Origin: a candidate division WWE3 bacterium RIFOXYC1_FULL_40_10
Lineage (GTDB): Bacteria; Patescibacteriota; WWE3; UBA101185; UBA10185
Direction: 5' to 3'
DNA: 64,000 nt
Assembly: GCA_001773215.1 (NCBI GenBank)
Contig: MEWB01000001.1
Span: 614,099 to 678,098, forward strand
The translations under genes and the position numbers were made by a program. Below the pieces are notes generated by a model, which made no database searches, was not told the origin of the DNA, and saw only the letters and a program-made list of their open reading frames with translations. Position 1 is the first letter of the stretch, and each line of letters opens with the position of its first letter. Shown here piece after piece: positions 60,101-64,000 of this stretch.

Positions 60101-60175
60101 GGTGGGGTGGTGCAAATAATAGCATTGCCGTTTCATAAGCGGCAGATAGAGGTGAAAACCCTTTCCCCACCACCA
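60101..60175 (+). tRNA. Atypical tRNA with CAT anticodon (Met/Ile2-like, non-canonical elbow)
   Basis: GGTGGGG/CCCCACC acceptor, A73, CCA; D arm GTGC-AAATAATA-GCAT; anticodon arm GCCGT-TTCATAA-GCGGC; T arm AGAGG-TGAAAAC-CCTTT; TATAAT at 60084-60089. Confidence 0.82.
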
Positions 60176-60183
60176 AATTACGC

Positions 60184-61218
60184 ATGAAAATCAACGATTA
60201 TATAAATAATTTAATAACAAATAAGAGTCCGTACTATCTAACTACTGAAAATGAAAAAACTATCCAATTCGAAGGTATCGAAAAATATATATATAAAGTA
60301 CTCAATAACCATAAATACAAATGTACTAAAACTACAGAAAACTATGACAATATTGTAAAAAATATAATTCGCTTTAGTGTCCAAAATAAACTGCCAATCC
60401 ATCTGGATTTATCGACAGGTGCAACTAAAAATCCGAATGCAATTTCTTCCCCGGGTATTGATTGGGCGGAGGTCTTCAATATTGCATTTATACGTGAGTA
60501 CTTAAAACCAATTGCTGTTGCATACAAGCATGGAGTCGTGCTGGATTACTTCTCTGTCGCCGTATTTGAAGATAAGGTAAATCACATTCCACAAGCCGAC
60601 ATTGAAGCTTATGACAAGCAATTTTCTGAATTGATAAATGTTTATCAAAATTATTTACCTAATAATTTAAAAATAAGATATAGCAGATTAAGTGATAGAG
60701 GTAGTAAGGAGAATATATATATGTCTATGGATAAAAAAATCTCCGAGCTAAGAAGAAACTGGCCTTCCTTGAGCAATGAAGCTAAAAGTGAAAAACTACG
60801 AAGAGCCGAAAGAAACATTTATTTAACCGGAAACGAGCCTGATAAAGATGCGTTGATTTTAACATCTGCCTTATCTCATGACGCTTTTGGTAGTGAGTGT
60901 TGGAGTGACATTGCCAAACCGATTTGGCATGAGGAAGACGATATATCCCTTGGACATAGGTATACTGATGGTTGGGCAATTCACATAAAATCCGCACCCG
61001 GATCAACAGTAAACTATTGGAGCGGGACCGGGGTATTAGTTCGAAAAGGCAATACCTTTGTGCCTACGGTATTAAGCCCTAAGCAATATGATGAAATTTC
61101 AGACAGAATTACTATATTCAAGGATACCTTTTTTAAATCAAATAAAGAACTTTCCGAGAAATTAGATCCAATATTAGTGGCTCCCACAAGTGGAATGTGT
61201 ATCAAGAATAAAAAATGA
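60184..61218 (+). CDS. Divergent PvcA/Dit1 (isocyanide-synthase)-like fold protein
   Basis: PIHL....G.TKNPN....IDWAEVF...YLKPIAVAYKHGV.L.YFS...I.AY...F and C-terminal NYWSGTGVL parallel the PvcA/Dit1 motif order; AT-rich. Confidence 0.55.
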   Translation: MKINDYINNLITNKSPYYLTTENEKTIQFEGIEKYIYKVLNNHKYKCTKTTENYDNIVKNIIRFSVQNKLPIHLDLSTGATKNPNAISSPGIDWAEVFNIAFIREYLKPIAVAYKHGVVLDYFSVAVFEDKVNHIPQADIEAYDKQFSELINVYQNYLPNNLKIRYSRLSDRGSKENIYMSMDKKISELRRNWPSLSNEAKSEKLRRAERNIYLTGNEPDKDALILTSALSHDAFGSECWSDIAKPIWHEEDDISLGHRYTDGWAIHIKSAPGSTVNYWSGTGVLVRKGNTFVPTVLSPKQYDEISDRITIFKDTFFKSNKELSEKLDPILVAPTSGMCIKNKK

Positions 61219-61248
61219 TCCCGGATCAAAAGATGCGCGGGATCATGG
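61211..61248 (-). terminator. Terminator between convergent genes
   Basis: ATGATCCCG...CGGGATCAT inverted repeat with a T-tract on the minus strand. Confidence 0.75.
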
Positions 61249-61272
61249 TTATGGAAACTTGGCAAAAAGTAC

Positions 61273-61887
61273 CTACTCGGGAGAAACGAACACAAACCGG
61301 ACGCTATTACTCCACCGATTGCCAGAGAAAATATAGGAGGCGTTGAGCCGATACTCACCACCATCACGCTTCACGAGAGACACAAGAAGATCGCCATCAG
61401 AAGCCACTAACGGCGGCATCGCTACCACTAGAGCTTCTCCTTCGGGCTGATCTAAGTACTGCAGGCGAAGTTGCGGTCCGACTTCTGCCTCACAGAGATC
61501 AAGACCTTGGGCACAAGCTGCCTTGCAGATATCAGTGTAGGTAGCAGTAGCGTCTTCGGGAAACCCAAGTTCTCCAACAGACAGCACCACGAGCTTCACA
61601 GTCTTCTTGGCTTTGGCTGGTTTCACCTTATCAAGGATGTCACTAGCCCAAGTGCCAATGCTTATTCCCGCCTGTTCAAGCGCGGTACGGAGTGCTTTTG
61701 CATCTTCGAACGTGCCCAGCTCAATAACCTTAAAGATCTCAGGCTTTTCCCAAGGATTTTCCTTGCGTAAAAATTTGCTTAATGCGCGCAACCAACTACC
61801 GCCATCGGGGCCAGCAAGTTTCCCCAGCAGAATCGTAAGCAGTCTCTGAACATCGGAAAGTGTCAATCTAATATCTTTTTTGTCCAT
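61273..61887 (-). CDS. Hypothetical protein with CLec-like C-terminus (..RW.....FVF)
   Basis: ELGF, GLDLCEAEVGPQLRLQYLDQP, GNRWSNSVRFVFV; AAGGA SD before ATG 61887. Confidence 0.75.
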   Translation of the reverse strand: MDKKDIRLTLSDVQRLLTILLGKLAGPDGGSWLRALSKFLRKENPWEKPEIFKVIELGTFEDAKALRTALEQAGISIGTWASDILDKVKPAKAKKTVKLVVLSVGELGFPEDATATYTDICKAACAQGLDLCEAEVGPQLRLQYLDQPEGEALVVAMPPLVASDGDLLVSLVKRDGGEYRLNASYIFSGNRWSNSVRFVFVSPE

Positions 61888-61900
61888 GAGAGTCATCCTT

Positions 61901-62203
61901 TTAATTGATTGTTTGTGCCAATGGAAATTTCGCTTCGCATTTAGTAACGATACTGATCGAATTGCCATCTATCTTTTCCACGCGAAGATAGGCTGTAGCC
62001 ACTCCAGTTTCCTGGGACACAAGGTCAAATGCAAAGTCACTCGCTGCTTGCGCTAGCTTCCGTATAGGAACCCCACTATCCATCTCGGCGGTCTCTAAAT
62101 TTGGAGATAGCATTACTACTGCCAGCGTTTCTGACTCAATACTTACATATCCCCGGATCTCACAGTCTGCTTCATGGTGCACCTTAAAACTCTGCCATCC
62201 CAT
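61901..62203 (-). CDS. Hypothetical protein
   Basis: Strong SD AAGGAG before ATG; co-oriented 13 bp upstream of the next gene. Confidence 0.65.
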   Translation of the reverse strand: MGWQSFKVHHEADCEIRGYVSIESETLAVVMLSPNLETAEMDSGVPIRKLAQAASDFAFDLVSQETGVATAYLRVEKIDGNSISIVTKCEAKFPLAQTIN

Positions 62204-62313
62204 AAACTACTCCTTTCCTTCCTTTAGTATTCGGATATAGCAAGCATTATTAACACACAAGCCTATAAAGATCAAACAAAGTACAGTTATATCGGCTATG
62301 CTAAAATTACACC

Positions 62314-63105
62314 ATGTCGGACTATAAGCAAGAAATTTCACAAATTGCATCTCTAAGGGAAGCAAAAGGAAAAGAGCAGGAGTGTTTAGATAAAATCTCA
62401 CAGCTTTTGCCAAAGTTAGCGGAGAAAAAATTGTGGGCTTCTGTCGCAAAAATGTATTGGGAATCACACCTTGTTTGGCAACACACAGCAATGTCAGAAC
62501 TAACCAAACCGGTGGAAATGCGAAATCAAGAAATAATTGCGAACGGATCAGCAAAAATGATGGAATTTGCAAAAAAGGCCATAGAGGTTATCGAAAGTCA
62601 TAACATCGAAGATATGTTTGGGGGTGCATATAGATTCCTAGGCAGAGCATATACTTTTGTAAACGATCATGAAAAAGCGAAAGAGTGTTACGAAACTGCG
62701 ATTAACAAATATAGGGGAAAGGATGTTAAGTCTAAATTGGAAGTAAGTGGCTTCCTCGCAGACGCCTTAATTCGATTAGGCAAACCCATAGAAGGTTTGC
62801 ACTTAGCAGAGAAAACGTACGAGGAGTTTCATAACTCAGAGAGTGGTAAAAACCTAAAAGAGGAAGATTACTTCACATGGGCGGTTTGGATGTCCGGAAT
62901 AGCACCTAGAGTTGTTAAAGCATTACTTGATACAGGAATAGCCATCGACAAAAACCGCATATTATCCTGGCTTGAGAAGGTTAAAGAAGAGCTAACTAAT
63001 CCTACAGGCGTAGTAAGGTGGGGAGACCCAAAATTTGAATTCAGAATAAACGAGATAGACTCAGCAATACAAGCAACAAAAGTTCAAGGGGTATGTTCAC
63101 AATGA
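62314..63105 (+). CDS. TPR-like alpha-helical protein
   Basis: GAYRFLGRAY.....HEKAKECYETAI and LADALIRLGKPIEGL TPR-like repeats. Confidence 0.75.
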   Translation: MSDYKQEISQIASLREAKGKEQECLDKISQLLPKLAEKKLWASVAKMYWESHLVWQHTAMSELTKPVEMRNQEIIANGSAKMMEFAKKAIEVIESHNIEDMFGGAYRFLGRAYTFVNDHEKAKECYETAINKYRGKDVKSKLEVSGFLADALIRLGKPIEGLHLAEKTYEEFHNSESGKNLKEEDYFTWAVWMSGIAPRVVKALLDTGIAIDKNRILSWLEKVKEELTNPTGVVRWGDPKFEFRINEIDSAIQATKVQGVCSQ

Positions 63106-63269
63106 AATGGCTCCTTTCCAGTATTTTTATTATCTTAATCGTTACAATCTTCTGGCTGTTTTTTAAACCGGGATTTTATTTTACTAATTGCGCTTGCCGA
63201 ACTAAATTTTTTATCGTCAAGCCCGCTAGTGACTGCGCAAATATGTGTGTTGCAAATCCAAAACAATAA
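63102..63269 (+). CDS. Small Cys-rich membrane-anchored peptide (55 aa)
   Basis: Manual translation MKWLLSSIFIILIVTIFWLFFKPGFYFTNCACRTKFFIVKPASDCANMCVANPKQ*; ATGA overlap with the TPR gene stop. Confidence 0.5.
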   Translation: MKWLLSSIFIILIVTIFWLFFKPGFYFTNCACRTKFFIVKPASDCANMCVANPKQ

Positions 63270-63344
63270 GTTAACTACTACTCGACAAGCCGGGGTTCTA
63301 GAAAAAATGCCGGAACAGCTTTAAAATCACTGCCCCGGCATTAG

Positions 63345-64000
63345 TTAAATAGCAGAAGGTATCGAGTACTTTCCTCTAATCTTATTCGACAACAGCAAAG
63401 CAAATCCCCAGCCGGCCCGTAGATAGGTTTTTAAGCTTAGCCCATACGACTTTACCCCTTTGCCATATGTTATAGCTACTTCCTTGTACTCAATGCCGGC
63501 CAGAATTGCTAAAACTCTTATTTCGGTTTGCCATAGGTAAAAAGGACCGTAGCTTGGAGTAATCATATGCTCAGGCGGAAACCTTTGGAACAAATACTCA
63601 ACAGCTGCTCTTGAAAAAGCTTCAAAACCACTTGTTAAATCCGATAAGCTCTTTCCCTGATTCCCTAGTAGAAACCATTTAGCCAACTGAGTTCCGATTT
63701 TCGACGTCAGTTGCCTAGATGTCTTGTAGTAATTTTCTGAACCCGGCAAGTTCCTTGACGAAAAACTTGCTGTTCTGGCGTTCTTATTTTCTTCAAGCGC
63801 GCTAATAATAGGAGCCAAGACTAGTTTGATCTCACTTGGATTATGAGTACCTCCCATGTCCATTTCCAAAACAATATCTGCATTGTTGGCAAGAGCTGTT
63901 TTATAACCAGTAGGATAAACATTTCCCCACTCACTGCCATCGGGTATGGAAGCCGTGACAACTTTATCTTTGTACTCGCCAAAATCTAGTCGCGCCAAAT
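63345..64000 (-). CDS. GT2 glycosyltransferase, polyprenol-phosphate mannose synthase-like (5' end outside the window)
   Basis: IVLEMD..THNP, SR...GS, SDLTSGF.AF, EVAITY. Confidence 0.8.
   Translation of the reverse strand, partial: LARLDFGEYKDKVVTASIPDGSEWGNVYPTGYKTALANNADIVLEMDMGGTHNPSEIKLVLAPIISALEENKNARTASFSSRNLPGSENYYKTSRQLTSKIGTQLAKWFLLGNQGKSLSDLTSGFEAFSRAAVEYLFQRFPPEHMITPSYGPFYLWQTEIRVLAILAGIEYKEVAITYGKGVKSYGLSLKTYLRAGWGFALLLSNKIRGKYSIPSAI

Noticed and set aside
60101-60175. Decayed tRNA pseudogene or att-site remnant
   Set aside because: All stems pair, CCA and a -10 box are intact, and deviations are confined to loop and elbow positions, unlike random decay.
63289-63339. GCCGGGG...CCCCGGC inverted repeat as a terminator or ncRNA
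   Set aside because: Short stem with a long loop and no T-tract; insufficient support.
1-64000. Alternative genetic code (UGA read as Gly, code 25)
   Set aside because: prfB is present, TGA terminates genes such as ftsK and uppP's upstream neighbour, and long genes are uninterrupted under code 11.

Overview
Compact, AT-rich bacterial chromosome segment with the gene content of a Candidate Phyla Radiation/Patescibacteria genome. Microgenomates/WWE3-like affinity is an inference from the archaeal-type non-discriminating AspRS, short IF-2, missing rimP/rbfA/truB in the nusA-infB block, membrane-anchored Clp ATPase and protease-less Lon AAA module. Bases 1-52 kb are mostly housekeeping: secA, uppP, serS, infA-rpmJ-rpsM-rpsK-rpsD-rpoA-rplQ-rplM-rpsI, radC, clp, prfB, ftsK, rnj, udg, pnp, rpsO, infB, nusA, dnaJ, HU, ymdB, rny, recX-recA, gltX, dac, aspS, recJ, secDF, greA, lysS, with small ORFan cassettes inserted between them. 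Bases 53-64 kb are accessory, with three tRNA genes. Most notable: (1) a non-canonical tRNA(CAU), lacking D-loop GG and T-loop TTC and with a weak T-stem, 8 bp upstream of a divergent PvcA/Dit1-like enzyme gene, a candidate dedicated tRNA-enzyme system; (2) two tandem, unidentified, highly structured 340-410 nt RNAs between recJ and aspS, each with its own sigma70 promoter and terminator; (3) a T-box riboswitch with a very short Stem I upstream of aspS; (4) 95-bp tandem repeats built on the 5' end of tRNA-Gln; (5) a 6S-like rod upstream of greA; (6) widespread apparently leaderless gene starts. All family assignments come from motif recognition by eye; no searches were run.
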